DNA of 64,000 bases. It comes from Candidatus Bathyarchaeota archaeon. GTDB lineage: Archaea > Thermoproteota > Bathyarchaeia > Bathyarchaeales > Bathycorpusculaceae. Below are positions 19,849-29,536 of this stretch, in pieces. Under the pieces are notes generated by a model. That model made no database searches, was not told the DNA's origin, and saw only the letters and a list, made by a program, of their open reading frames with translations. The DNA is taken from the NCBI GenBank assembly GCA_963768425.1, contig CAVYHV010000017.1, forward strand, positions 225,552 through 289,551, read 5' to 3'. The stretch's first letter is position 1. Every line of letters begins with the position of its first letter. Made by a program: the position numbers and the translations under genes.

Positions 19849-20517
19849 TTATTGATGCCTTACTGGCTGAAGTCCATACCACGACATTACTTTAGCAAGA
19901 ATCGGGATGATTGCTCCTAAAGCAATGTTCGGAATGAATTGCAACACGAAGCCATACAAGCCAGGTACGAGATACGTTGTGGATGCCCACATCTGATGAT
20001 TCATTGTCCGCGCTGGTGAGAGTGAAATAGTGTAGTTGAAGTACGCTTGAATTGAAGCGGTGATGACAGCTGCTGTCATTCCTGCCCCGAGTAACCGCTT
20101 GAAGTTCATGGAGCCGTTAGACAAAGAGCCCGCCATGTAACCGATGATTACAGCCATGACGAGATAAGACAGCATACTCAAGTCGCCGTAGAAGTTGTTA
20201 GCGAAAGAGCTATAGACCGCATAAGATCCGTTAGAATAGCCTGCTTCAGCTAAATAATACATGCCTCCTGTAATGAAGCCAGCCGCGCCGCCTGCCCATT
20301 TGTTCCACAGTAAACCCAATATCATTGGGATACCGAGAATGATCATTTGCGCAAAGCCCTGAGTGAGAATAATGCCGATCGTACTGGATTTTCCGATTAC
20401 GTGTGAAGCTCCGTTGGGGTTAATGTATATTGCCAGAAAATAGATCAAGAATACAAGGATTAGCGGTATCATGATGCCGGTGAATATGTCAGCTAGTTTG
20501 AATCTTGGTGTTTCCAA
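19849..20517 (-). CDS. Membrane protein, ECF S-component-like
   Basis: About 6 TM, 222 aa; IPMILGLLWNKWAGGAAGFITG resembles the S-component AxxxA/G helix region. Confidence 0.55.
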   Translation of the reverse strand: METPRFKLADIFTGIMIPLILVFLIYFLAIYINPNGASHVIGKSSTIGIILTQGFAQMIILGIPMILGLLWNKWAGGAAGFITGGMYYLAEAGYSNGSYAVYSSFANNFYGDLSMLSYLVMAVIIGYMAGSLSNGSMNFKRLLGAGMTAAVITASIQAYFNYTISLSPARTMNHQMWASTTYLVPGLYGFVLQFIPNIALGAIIPILAKVMSWYGLQPVRHQ

Positions 20518-20696
20518 TTTTTATCCCTTGACTTATTTACGTTGTGGCATGTTTATAAGCTTAATGCTTGGAAGGTTGGCATGTTAAAAAGCAAAGGTTA
20601 CAACGCGGGAAACAGGCGCTAAAACGGCAACCTGTCAAGTGGCAACATAGGTTTTGGGGTTGAAGAAAATAAAAGAAAAGATTAAGGAAATGGGGT

Positions 20697-22091
20697 TTAT
20701 TGTTGCTGTCTTAGCATTGCTTTTGATCGGAGAACAGCGCCTTTAAGGTCTATTCTTGATGGGCAAACGTAGCTGCAGTGTCCGCATCCAGTGCAATAAT
20801 CCGCATTTAACTTACTCATGGCGTCGAAATTCATCTTGTCAAAGGCCTGCTTAATTAATATTGGGCTTAATCCGTGGCAACAAACTCTCATACACGCGCC
20901 ACATCTCATGCATTGGTATTCTTTGACTTTATCAGGGGTAAATGCTTTGGCTTTAGGCAGTTTAGGCTCTTTAGATTCGGTTGAAGGCTTCCGTCGACCA
21001 ACTTTGTCAAGTGCAGGCACTGTTAAGTTCATTATGACTAGCGCTACGAAAGAGGCTCCGAAGAACTGCATGTACGTAATCATAAGCACTGTTAATATCG
21101 CAGTTCCCACTCCGAAGATTATCTGTCCCATGTATGTTAACGGGGTTGTTGCAGGATCTGTTGCCATAAAGAACGCCAAGAACACTGAACTGCCGATGAA
21201 CATTAAGAACAGAAACCGCACAAGGTAACCTGCACCACCTGAGTCACCATAAACAGCAGAGAAAATCACTGAAAGCACAGCGACAGCGACAAAGTAGCTA
21301 ATGGTAATTCTCCATTTAACGTATCTGCGTGCGACAACAAAGAAGCCTATGCCGACTATGAGAACTGCAATTGTCGATGCTCCACCAGGCCATCCGTGAA
21401 ACTTGTCTAAAAACATTTGCTGAATCAGGCTGTTTATATTTACCGTTGCGAGCTTCGTGATGTTCGAATTAGAGAAACAACTCCACATATATGAGCCGAA
21501 TCCAGGATATCCTGGACCGCCTCCATTGCCGTTTACTACGTTGGTTAACCCTAATGGACCTGCAAGCGAGGGAACTTTCAGTAGACCGCTTTTCATGTGA
21601 TCAATTGCCAATAGCAACGCGTTGATGAATGGTATCATTACAACGATTTTTGCAGCTGCAGCGGGATTAACGTATTTTCTGCCAGTGGTACCGACTAGTT
21701 TCTTGAAGACAATCAAGCCTACTGCGGACATCGCAGCGACAAAGATGAAGCATTGAGGTGCCTCAAGAGGGAACAGCTCAAAACCCACTGTAGTCATACT
21801 TGGGACACCGAGTACATAGCAGTCAGTGACAATTAAACCGAAAACAGCGGCAGACATCAGGTTGAGCGGACTATCCTCAGCAACTGAATGCAGAAAAGCA
21901 TCAAGCCCAACAGCGATACCGACAGCGATTATTGCGTTAATGGCTAATGTGAGACCAAGATTCCATTTCGACGGTGTCGTCTCTTGTGACCAAATAACGG
22001 CCGTTATAACGGTGAGTATTAGCAACGCGAAAAAGGTGTAAGTCATTAGCTTATCTTTAGTCATCCATGAATATTCTTTAGGTTTAGACAT
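20697..22091 (-). CDS. rnfD: RnfD/NqrB-family membrane subunit fused to an RnfC-like 2x[4Fe-4S] domain
   Basis: YVNPAAA, GWPGGAS, FFMATDPATTP, FGVGTAIL (RnfD-like); C-terminal CMRCGACMRVC...GLSP and CTGCGHCSYVCPSRIDL (RnfC-like). Confidence 0.8.
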   Translation of the reverse strand: MSKPKEYSWMTKDKLMTYTFFALLILTVITAVIWSQETTPSKWNLGLTLAINAIIAVGIAVGLDAFLHSVAEDSPLNLMSAAVFGLIVTDCYVLGVPSMTTVGFELFPLEAPQCFIFVAAMSAVGLIVFKKLVGTTGRKYVNPAAAAKIVVMIPFINALLLAIDHMKSGLLKVPSLAGPLGLTNVVNGNGGGPGYPGFGSYMWSCFSNSNITKLATVNINSLIQQMFLDKFHGWPGGASTIAVLIVGIGFFVVARRYVKWRITISYFVAVAVLSVIFSAVYGDSGGAGYLVRFLFLMFIGSSVFLAFFMATDPATTPLTYMGQIIFGVGTAILTVLMITYMQFFGASFVALVIMNLTVPALDKVGRRKPSTESKEPKLPKAKAFTPDKVKEYQCMRCGACMRVCCHGLSPILIKQAFDKMNFDAMSKLNADYCTGCGHCSYVCPSRIDLKGAVLRSKAMLRQQQ

Positions 22092-22360
22092 TATTCAACT
22101 TCTTCTCCTTTTAATTTCTAAGTTCAATTTAGCGCTGGTTAGTTTAATAAGACTTTCTAAACATATGATGAAAGCTTGATACTTTTAATGGATTATACGC
22201 TCATCCATAAGGGGAATGAGAATTATTGCGCAAAATTGTGTGTGAACATTATTTCCGTTTGAAATACGTTTAGGAGTGAATGACCTAAAAGAAACGGCGC
22301 ACTCTGTAAAGGAGCTAACACGGATAAACTTTTACTCTCGTTTTACGTAGAGGCTTAACT

Positions 22361-22927
22361 ATGAATAAAGCGGGTAAAGAGGAGTTAGAGGGCATTACTT
22401 TAGACGTTTACTTGCAAGTTTTAAAGATAGGCAAACCCGTCGGACCAAGAGAAGTCATGAAAGCCGCCAACCTCAGCAGCCCAAGCGTGGCGTATAGACA
22501 CCTACAAAAACTCGAAGACTTTGGCTACCTGCAAAAAAACACGTACGGAGAATATATTACAAAAGATAAAGCACACATTTCCGGGTACATTTGGATTAGC
22601 AATCGCTTGATTCCAAAGATGTGGCGGTACTCAATCGTTTTCCTAGCCATTCTCGCCGCTGAAGCAGTGATCTTAGCTGTGCATTACGCCGTTGAAACTT
22701 ACGAATTCAAAGTTTTCTTTCTACTAATAATTCTCATAACTGTGCTAGCTTTCAGCGTTTTCACTATTGAAGGATTTCTTCAAGTTAGACGAACCCACTA
22801 CAGCAAACATGAAAAAACCAGCCCTAAGAACAACTCTGACCCGATAAACGGGAATATGCCCCAAACAATGCATCAGCCAAGTTGCTTTCTGCAATCTATT
22901 TCATTCGAAACAAACATTGTGTTCTAG
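22361..22927 (+). CDS. Membrane-anchored winged-helix protein
   Basis: GPREVMKAANLSSPSVAYRHLQKL HTH followed by two TM helices. Confidence 0.75.
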   Translation: MNKAGKEELEGITLDVYLQVLKIGKPVGPREVMKAANLSSPSVAYRHLQKLEDFGYLQKNTYGEYITKDKAHISGYIWISNRLIPKMWRYSIVFLAILAAEAVILAVHYAVETYEFKVFFLLIILITVLAFSVFTIEGFLQVRRTHYSKHEKTSPKNNSDPINGNMPQTMHQPSCFLQSISFETNIVF

Positions 22928-22974
22928 GAGCAAGTTTTATATCGCATCGGCGAATTTAATTTGACTGTTGGGAT

Positions 22975-24057
22975 TTGATGGCTTCAAACAAGTCACCACT
23001 ATTCATGGTGGTTTGGCGCTGTACAAGGAACTGTGTCGGCAATTGCATGTACTGTAGCTACACAAAGGATTATGCAGCTGAAACGGAACTGGATACTAAA
23101 GGCGCCAAGAAAATGGTTGACGAAATTCACGATTTTGGTTCGCCCTGGTTCGGAATCAGCGGTGGAGAACCTTTGGTTCGAAACGACGTTTTCGACGTTA
23201 TTGCCTACGCCGAAGAAAAATACGACATGAAAGTCAGCCTTATAACAAGCGGTTTCGCGTGGGATGAAGAACGATTTGACAAACTCAGAAAGTACAATGT
23301 CCACACCGCAATCAGCCTGGATGGAAACAGGGAATCAAACGAAATAATTCGACGAAAAGGCAGCTATGACAAAGCATTACATGCCATGAAAAAGTTATCT
23401 GAAGTTGGATTACTCGATTGCATTGTTACAACCATGACCAAATACAACATTAAACACATGGCGCATCCAGCTGCACTCGCAGAGGAATACAAAGCGCGCA
23501 TGGTAGTTTATCACAATCTAGTTCCCGTTGGGAGAGCAGGAAGTAACATGCCTGACTTAGCACCTACCCCACAACAATACGAGGAAGCTTTTGACGAAAT
23601 TTATGATATTCAACGGAAACTGTATGGCAAAGTTAAGGTCAATGTTTATTCGCCTTTCTATGCAAGGATTGTGCGCCAGAAAAACCCAGTGGACTTCTGG
23701 GACTGGTACCATGAAGGCTACCTTGGCAGATGCACCATCGGCGGTAACTACATTGGCATAACCGAAAACGGCGACTACCGAAGCTGCGGATTCCACGAAG
23801 GCTACCGTTTAGGCAACGTCAAAGACAAGAAATTAACCAAGGTTTGGGATGATCTACAGCACAGTGAATTGCATCTTAAACTGCGGGACAAAAGCAACAT
23901 CAAAGGCCGATGCGGAGTTTGCGAGTACCGAGAAATCTGCGGCGGATGTAGAACTAGAGCCGAATACTACACGGGCGACCTATTTGAGTCAGATCCAGCC
24001 TGCAGTTATATTCCGAAAGTTCTGCGAGAAGATCCCAACTACTTAAAAAAGCAGTAA
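22975..24057 (+). CDS. Radical SAM/SPASM-domain protein, paralog of 12056..13153
   Basis: CVGNCMYC, WFGISGGEPL; CGVCEYREICGGCRTRA...DPAC. Confidence 0.92.
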   Translation: MMASNKSPLFMVVWRCTRNCVGNCMYCSYTKDYAAETELDTKGAKKMVDEIHDFGSPWFGISGGEPLVRNDVFDVIAYAEEKYDMKVSLITSGFAWDEERFDKLRKYNVHTAISLDGNRESNEIIRRKGSYDKALHAMKKLSEVGLLDCIVTTMTKYNIKHMAHPAALAEEYKARMVVYHNLVPVGRAGSNMPDLAPTPQQYEEAFDEIYDIQRKLYGKVKVNVYSPFYARIVRQKNPVDFWDWYHEGYLGRCTIGGNYIGITENGDYRSCGFHEGYRLGNVKDKKLTKVWDDLQHSELHLKLRDKSNIKGRCGVCEYREICGGCRTRAEYYTGDLFESDPACSYIPKVLREDPNYLKKQ

Positions 24058-24241
24058 ATTTCTTTCTTCAGTTCCCTTTTTGAATCGAGAAAACAAGAAA
24101 GGGCAGCATTTTCGATTAATTACTTTCGGCAGTTTGGCACTTATTATTAGAATATTAACAAGATGCTTTCCGACTACTTTTCAAGAAAAACAGAAAATCA
24201 ACTTATAGAAACGGGACTGCCCGTTGCCTTAGACATTTTTG

Positions 24242-26653
24242 CTATTGTGTTTGGTTGTAGTTATTTAGTATTTTGAAAATAACGTATCGGTCATTTGAGT
24301 AGATTTGCTGGAGAAATTTCAAATGGACTATGTTAGGGTCAAGCTGATTTTTGTCGTAAACTATGAATTCAATGTTGTTCTGGGCTATGTAGTCTTTGTA
24401 GCTACTAGTGTATATTGTGAAGGGGTCAGATTTGAAGCTAAATAGGCTTTCAAGATTGCTGGGCGACAACGCTGTAAAGTTGCTTTTTGAAAGACAGAGA
24501 ATTTGGTATTGCCGGTTAACAATCTGGTCAGTGTTGATTTCACTGAATTGATACTGGTACCTTATTGCATCAATTTGCCCCCCGCCCAGTGCCCCAATGT
24601 TCCCCCAGTCTGGTGGATCGGTGAAGTTGAATGCACAGGCGACTTGGTCTTTGTCGTCATAAACTCCGACGTAGATGTCGGAAGTTGAATTTGGCAAATT
24701 AACTACTGCCCAGAGATTCCCGTCGGTCGTTTTTGAAGTTACATTCCAAGGGCTTACCCAATTCATAATCTGCGGAATTTGAGCCTTGTCGAAATCGAGA
24801 CCAAAGTAGTTGGTAAAGTAGAGCGTTACATTTGAAATATCACCGTTCAAAGGAGTTAAAGCCCAAGAAATGTCGGCCGGGTAAGAATAGTTTTGAACAA
24901 GCATTGTCTCCGTTAAGGCTACATATTCGTTGGAAAACCGAATCTCTAATTGTGTGGGATTAATTTGCTGGTCAAAGTAAATGTCCCGTGTCAAATTGGT
25001 GAAGGGAAAATTGTAATTCTTGCCGTTTTGGGTGAAAGAAATAAAATCCCCTGCGGTGGAGGAAGACAAGACTTGATACCAAATTCCGTTGATGGAAATG
25101 TAGCTTTCGAAGAAAGTATTTCCATAGGCTTCGTAAGCTCGAAACAGGTTCTGAGGGTCCTGAATATCGTATGATAGACTCAAAACTGACCATGCGACGT
25201 CATTTGTCTCCACAGTTGCTGAAGTTTGAGCAATAACATTTTTGCCAGAAAACGCGGAAAACCAAAAACCAGGGATTTCAGTATCAACGACCGTCGCGTT
25301 ATTCGGGTAGTTCTGCTGGAGCCAAATGCCTGCATCAAGTGCTTTCACATCTGTTGTCGAGTAGAAAACGCTCGCCTGTATTATTTTGCCGTAAACCGTG
25401 TCGGAACGAAAAACGAGCACCAAACACATCAACACTATTAAAGAAACCGTTAGAATCTTTAGCCAGTTCCCGCGAACAGAACCAAGAATCGGCTTGCTAA
25501 AGGTCCTTACAAACTTCGCTGAAAAGCCGTTGCCAGCTTTTTGCCCCTTGACTCCAACTACATCAGATTGAGGAATGCCCTGATAAATAGAGAGGCTTTT
25601 GCTGTTCTTCGAGTAGAATATGACAAATTTTTCTTGAATGAAAACTACAGAAACAGCAGCGAAAATAGCCATCGCAGGAGTAAGATAATAAACGAACCAT
25701 TGAAATGGCATGAAAAATCCGAAAAGGTAGGACTCAGCGAAAAAAAGTGGAACAAAGAAACTGATCATCAATATTGCATAGGAAAAAAGTTTTTTTTCTT
25801 TTCTCAGGAGAAAGAAGGAAATGACAATGCCGCCTATGGCAAAAAAGAAAATGAAGCCGAAATTAACCATAAACGCCTTAAAGCTGACAGAGGGAATCTG
25901 GAAAGCGTAGGTTTTTACGGCAAAAAACACGTATTCAATGACAAGCCCAATGTAACCGAACACAGCTTTAAAATAATAGAGAAAAGCTATTCCGCCGCCC
26001 ACAATCAAGGCTAATACAACTTTAAGGGAGGCCCCTCTTGAGTTTATCAGCATATAAATTAGAATTGGAGGCAACATAAATGCCGCGAGGAAAGCGGCAA
26101 GCTGATGGGACAAAACTAGTGCGAAAGCCGCAAGAAAAGTAACCACAAGGTAACCGAACTCCCCTGTGGCTTTAGTTAAGTAAAGAAGCATAAAAAGAAT
26201 AAAGGCTATGCCAAGTACTGTGGTGTAGCCGCCAAACTGATTAGCTTCAAAAACAGGAAAACACATCAAAAGTAAAACGGCTCCTACAGCTCCGACTTTC
26301 TTACCAAAAAACTTGCTACCAATCAGATAAACAGCCATGAAAAGTAGCCAATCAGCCACTGCTGCAAGAGCTTTAACCAAGAAAATCATCTGCCCGATGC
26401 CAGCTGCACCAGTGAAAGAAATAAGCATGGAAAGCAGAAGCTCGTAAAGCGGAGGCGTCCAACCTAAGTTTTCTAAGGGTATTCTACCTGTATTTAGAAA
26501 AATCTGTGCTTTCACAAGATGAACAGCAGGGTCATTTCCGAGTACTACCCCGTTCATTGATACAACAGTGTAGAAGATGAGTAAAACAAGCACAGAGAAA
26601 ATTGTTATGAAGGCAACTTCAAGCTGTTTCTCATTTGCCATTTTACCCATCAA
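24242..26653 (-). CDS. Large polytopic membrane protein, GT-C glycosyltransferase-like, with extracellular C-terminal domain
   Basis: GNDPAVH in the first loop, W/YxP motif, about 11-12 TM, soluble domain with many N-glycosylation sequons. Confidence 0.65.
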   Translation of the reverse strand: MMGKMANEKQLEVAFITIFSVLVLLIFYTVVSMNGVVLGNDPAVHLVKAQIFLNTGRIPLENLGWTPPLYELLLSMLISFTGAAGIGQMIFLVKALAAVADWLLFMAVYLIGSKFFGKKVGAVGAVLLLMCFPVFEANQFGGYTTVLGIAFILFMLLYLTKATGEFGYLVVTFLAAFALVLSHQLAAFLAAFMLPPILIYMLINSRGASLKVVLALIVGGGIAFLYYFKAVFGYIGLVIEYVFFAVKTYAFQIPSVSFKAFMVNFGFIFFFAIGGIVISFFLLRKEKKLFSYAILMISFFVPLFFAESYLFGFFMPFQWFVYYLTPAMAIFAAVSVVFIQEKFVIFYSKNSKSLSIYQGIPQSDVVGVKGQKAGNGFSAKFVRTFSKPILGSVRGNWLKILTVSLIVLMCLVLVFRSDTVYGKIIQASVFYSTTDVKALDAGIWLQQNYPNNATVVDTEIPGFWFSAFSGKNVIAQTSATVETNDVAWSVLSLSYDIQDPQNLFRAYEAYGNTFFESYISINGIWYQVLSSSTAGDFISFTQNGKNYNFPFTNLTRDIYFDQQINPTQLEIRFSNEYVALTETMLVQNYSYPADISWALTPLNGDISNVTLYFTNYFGLDFDKAQIPQIMNWVSPWNVTSKTTDGNLWAVVNLPNSTSDIYVGVYDDKDQVACAFNFTDPPDWGNIGALGGGQIDAIRYQYQFSEINTDQIVNRQYQILCLSKSNFTALSPSNLESLFSFKSDPFTIYTSSYKDYIAQNNIEFIVYDKNQLDPNIVHLKFLQQIYSNDRYVIFKILNNYNQTQ

Positions 26654-26661
26654 GAAGCCAG

Positions 26662-28971
26662 TTATCCTCCATTCTGATTGACGTTCGTCCTGACTTTAAA
26701 GATGGCAACTTCATTGTTAATAAATACCAAGCTAAATTCTGGGTCGTCAGCAAATTTTGTGTTCACCCCAAAATCACGGTTTGCAATGTAAGAAACCGAG
26801 TTTGCTTGCAACTCCGCTTTATAATCAAATGTAGTTAAGGGCAAACTCACATCTGGTTTTTGCGCGTTTTGAGCGTCAGAAATTAATGTTTGGTTCAAGC
26901 TATTTGTGTTTAATATCTCATTTTCCGTAACTGGGTAAATGCCTACAAAAATTTGTATTTCTGCAGAGGACTTGCCTTGTAAGTTGTAAGAAAGCTGGGT
27001 TATGCAGGGATTTTGTGAGTTAAACGCCTTCACTTGTGGCTGATTTTCCTCAAAAACAAGTTGGCCGACCTCTTTCAGACCAGTATCTAACATTGCTACA
27101 GTGTTATTGGACGGCTGCAAGAATTGACCTTGGGCATTTATTATGAAATTGATCCAGTCTAAAGAAACGTTCTGATTGATGCTCTGAAGTACTATAGTCA
27201 TGTTTGCGAATGCCACCCCTTGAGAGACAGTTAAAATTTCGGAGTAACTGAAGTCATTGTTTGCTTTGTCTACGATAATGGATGGGCTGTTGCTTTGTGC
27301 ACCATCTAGCTGCATATTGACTACCGGCATTTGCGTTACGTCAGTGGACTGCCTGGATCCAACGCTCTGTGAGAGCAAAGTAATCTCACTGTTGTTGAAC
27401 TGGAAGAAAGGAACGGGAAAAGGTGTCCAGCTAAGGTCGGCGAGAAATTCAGGGTTATGTCTTCCGATGTACCCGCCGTCTTCTCGGACCTGAATGTAGC
27501 CGTTATCGATCATGTAATCAGTATCAAGCAGATTAGAAGCAAAAGTTGCTGGCGCTAACTCACTGTCAACCGTTAAGTATTGCGGTTGAACCGCGCTCAA
27601 GGTAGGCCGTTGTGCAAAACCGCCAAGCCACCATCCGTAAAGAGCGTCAGAAACAAAAACTGACCCGGGTGCAGTGTTTTGCTCAGCCCAGTGAATTGCT
27701 TGGTATCCGGGTTTGTCCATAGTTTGGTAGAAGCTTTGAATAGTCACGCCTTGCCAAGGAGTGAGAAAGATAGGAAGGGTAACGAGAAAGATAAGTATGA
27801 AGCCTAACGTGAAGATGGAGTAAACTCTCTTGTGGGTTATGACAGCGGAGATTCTGGTAGCCCACTTGTCTGCGGTCCTCGTTGTTTTCTGCATTTGGCG
27901 TGTCAGGTTGTGGTAAGGGACTGTTAGGTGTGCAAAATAGGTTGAACCGTGATCAATCATCATGGCGAAAAGTATGATAACGGGTAAAACCAGGAAATAG
28001 AGAAAACGATTGTAATCGACTAAAAGCCCGAACAAGTAGCCTTGTGTCAGGATCAGCGGAACGAAAAGCCACATTATTACCAGGAAAGTTGGAAGCGAAA
28101 TGAATCGGCGTTTATATTTTTTAGATAATAGAAGCAGTGGGAGAAGGCAGGCGAAGAGCGCTAAGACTTCATCCATAGGAAGCACTCTTGTCGCAATTAT
28201 CGCTTGATCAATAGCGCTAACAGCGGAAAACGACGAGTTAGCGCTCAAGTAAGCAGGAACCGCCTTTACAAGAAACGGTGAAACAAGAATTGCGCCTCCT
28301 ACCAGTGGAAGTAACCAACTTAGAACGTTTTTTCGTGTTGTTCCGAACGTTCTAGGCGCTACAAGCGCAAAAAACACAGTGGCGGCTGTTATTCCTAAGA
28401 AAACGGCAGCGCTTAACGAATGAGTCAAGAATATGGATCCGACCAAGATTGAACCCGAAACAAGAAAAGGACTCATCGAAAACCTTTCTCTTCGAAGAAA
28501 CAGGTAAAAAGTCAAAGGAATTAAAAGCAGTGTTATCACGTTGGGGTAGCCCGCCCACATCAACATTTCGATATCAAAACGTGAAACTGCGACTAAAAAC
28601 GCAACAATAAAAGCTGCTGACTCAGACCATACTGTTCTAGTTATCAAAAAAGCGGCTAAAACAATAAGGGAAGAAAATAGTGCAACAATTAGAGCCTGTG
28701 CCACATAGTCTGTTAAGCCCGTCATGAGCATTACGGCTGAAGCAAAAATGTGGTACCCCGGAAAGGTTAAGGATTGGCCTCCACCCATCTGGAAGTAGTC
28801 GTAGAGGAAATTGGTATTGCCTGAACCCGTTATAGAGTTGATGACGCTTGCGTGTAACCCTATGTCAGCGCCAGGCGGGAACCCTTGCCAAAACATTAGA
28901 ACGATACGGTAAATAAAAGAGAAAACGAAAATCAAAAGCAGCAGAACATATTTCTTGTTTGCATTGAACAC
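26662..28971 (-). CDS. GT-C glycosyltransferase-like membrane protein, paralog of 24242..26653
   Basis: GADIGLH, FPGYH, THSLS, RFLYF, AIHWAEQN; same architecture as the adjacent gene. Confidence 0.65.
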   Translation of the reverse strand: MFNANKKYVLLLLIFVFSFIYRIVLMFWQGFPPGADIGLHASVINSITGSGNTNFLYDYFQMGGGQSLTFPGYHIFASAVMLMTGLTDYVAQALIVALFSSLIVLAAFLITRTVWSESAAFIVAFLVAVSRFDIEMLMWAGYPNVITLLLIPLTFYLFLRRERFSMSPFLVSGSILVGSIFLTHSLSAAVFLGITAATVFFALVAPRTFGTTRKNVLSWLLPLVGGAILVSPFLVKAVPAYLSANSSFSAVSAIDQAIIATRVLPMDEVLALFACLLPLLLLSKKYKRRFISLPTFLVIMWLFVPLILTQGYLFGLLVDYNRFLYFLVLPVIILFAMMIDHGSTYFAHLTVPYHNLTRQMQKTTRTADKWATRISAVITHKRVYSIFTLGFILIFLVTLPIFLTPWQGVTIQSFYQTMDKPGYQAIHWAEQNTAPGSVFVSDALYGWWLGGFAQRPTLSAVQPQYLTVDSELAPATFASNLLDTDYMIDNGYIQVREDGGYIGRHNPEFLADLSWTPFPVPFFQFNNSEITLLSQSVGSRQSTDVTQMPVVNMQLDGAQSNSPSIIVDKANNDFSYSEILTVSQGVAFANMTIVLQSINQNVSLDWINFIINAQGQFLQPSNNTVAMLDTGLKEVGQLVFEENQPQVKAFNSQNPCITQLSYNLQGKSSAEIQIFVGIYPVTENEILNTNSLNQTLISDAQNAQKPDVSLPLTTFDYKAELQANSVSYIANRDFGVNTKFADDPEFSLVFINNEVAIFKVRTNVNQNGG

Positions 28972-29089
28972 TTGCGCCCCTCCCTTTCCGTGAAATTCTT
29001 TTGTGTTTGATGAAATTGTTAGTCAAAGCTTAAATATGAAAATCGAGTATAAAAAGCCCAGAGTAATAAAAAAGGAAAAAGGTGTTTAA

Positions 29090-29518
29090 ATGTCGTGGCT
29101 TAAATCTATGATGGAAAAAGAGCCTCCAGAACCAGAGAATCCAATCGGCATAGTCGTTATAGGCAATATTGAACCGGACATGCATGACACAGCAAAAGAA
29201 GCAGTTAGGCGATCACTAAAACGCGCTGGATTCAAAACAATCGACGTAGGAAAAAGCGTTGCTCCACAAGTTTTCGTTGACAAGGCAAAAGAGAACAATG
29301 CGAACTTGATTGCTATTTCAGTGAACACTGTTCCAGCAAAGAACAATCTTGCAAAACTTGATGAAGCATTGAAGGCAGCTGGCCTCAAAGGAAAAATCGC
29401 CATAATAATGGGCGGTGCTGCAGTCAAGAAAGAAGACGCTGACGCTATGGGTGCACTCTTCGGCAAAAACAAAGAAGAAGCTCCTGAACTTGCAAAGAAA
29501 GCAATAGGCAAAAAATAG
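29090..29518 (+). CDS. Corrinoid (B12-binding) protein, stand-alone Rossmann domain
   Basis: EPDMHDTAK (variant of DxHxxG), AGFKTIDVG, IIMGGAAV. Confidence 0.88.
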   Translation: MSWLKSMMEKEPPEPENPIGIVVIGNIEPDMHDTAKEAVRRSLKRAGFKTIDVGKSVAPQVFVDKAKENNANLIAISVNTVPAKNNLAKLDEALKAAGLKGKIAIIMGGAAVKKEDADAMGALFGKNKEEAPELAKKAIGKK

Positions 29519-29536
29519 TCCTTCAGATGAGGAAAA

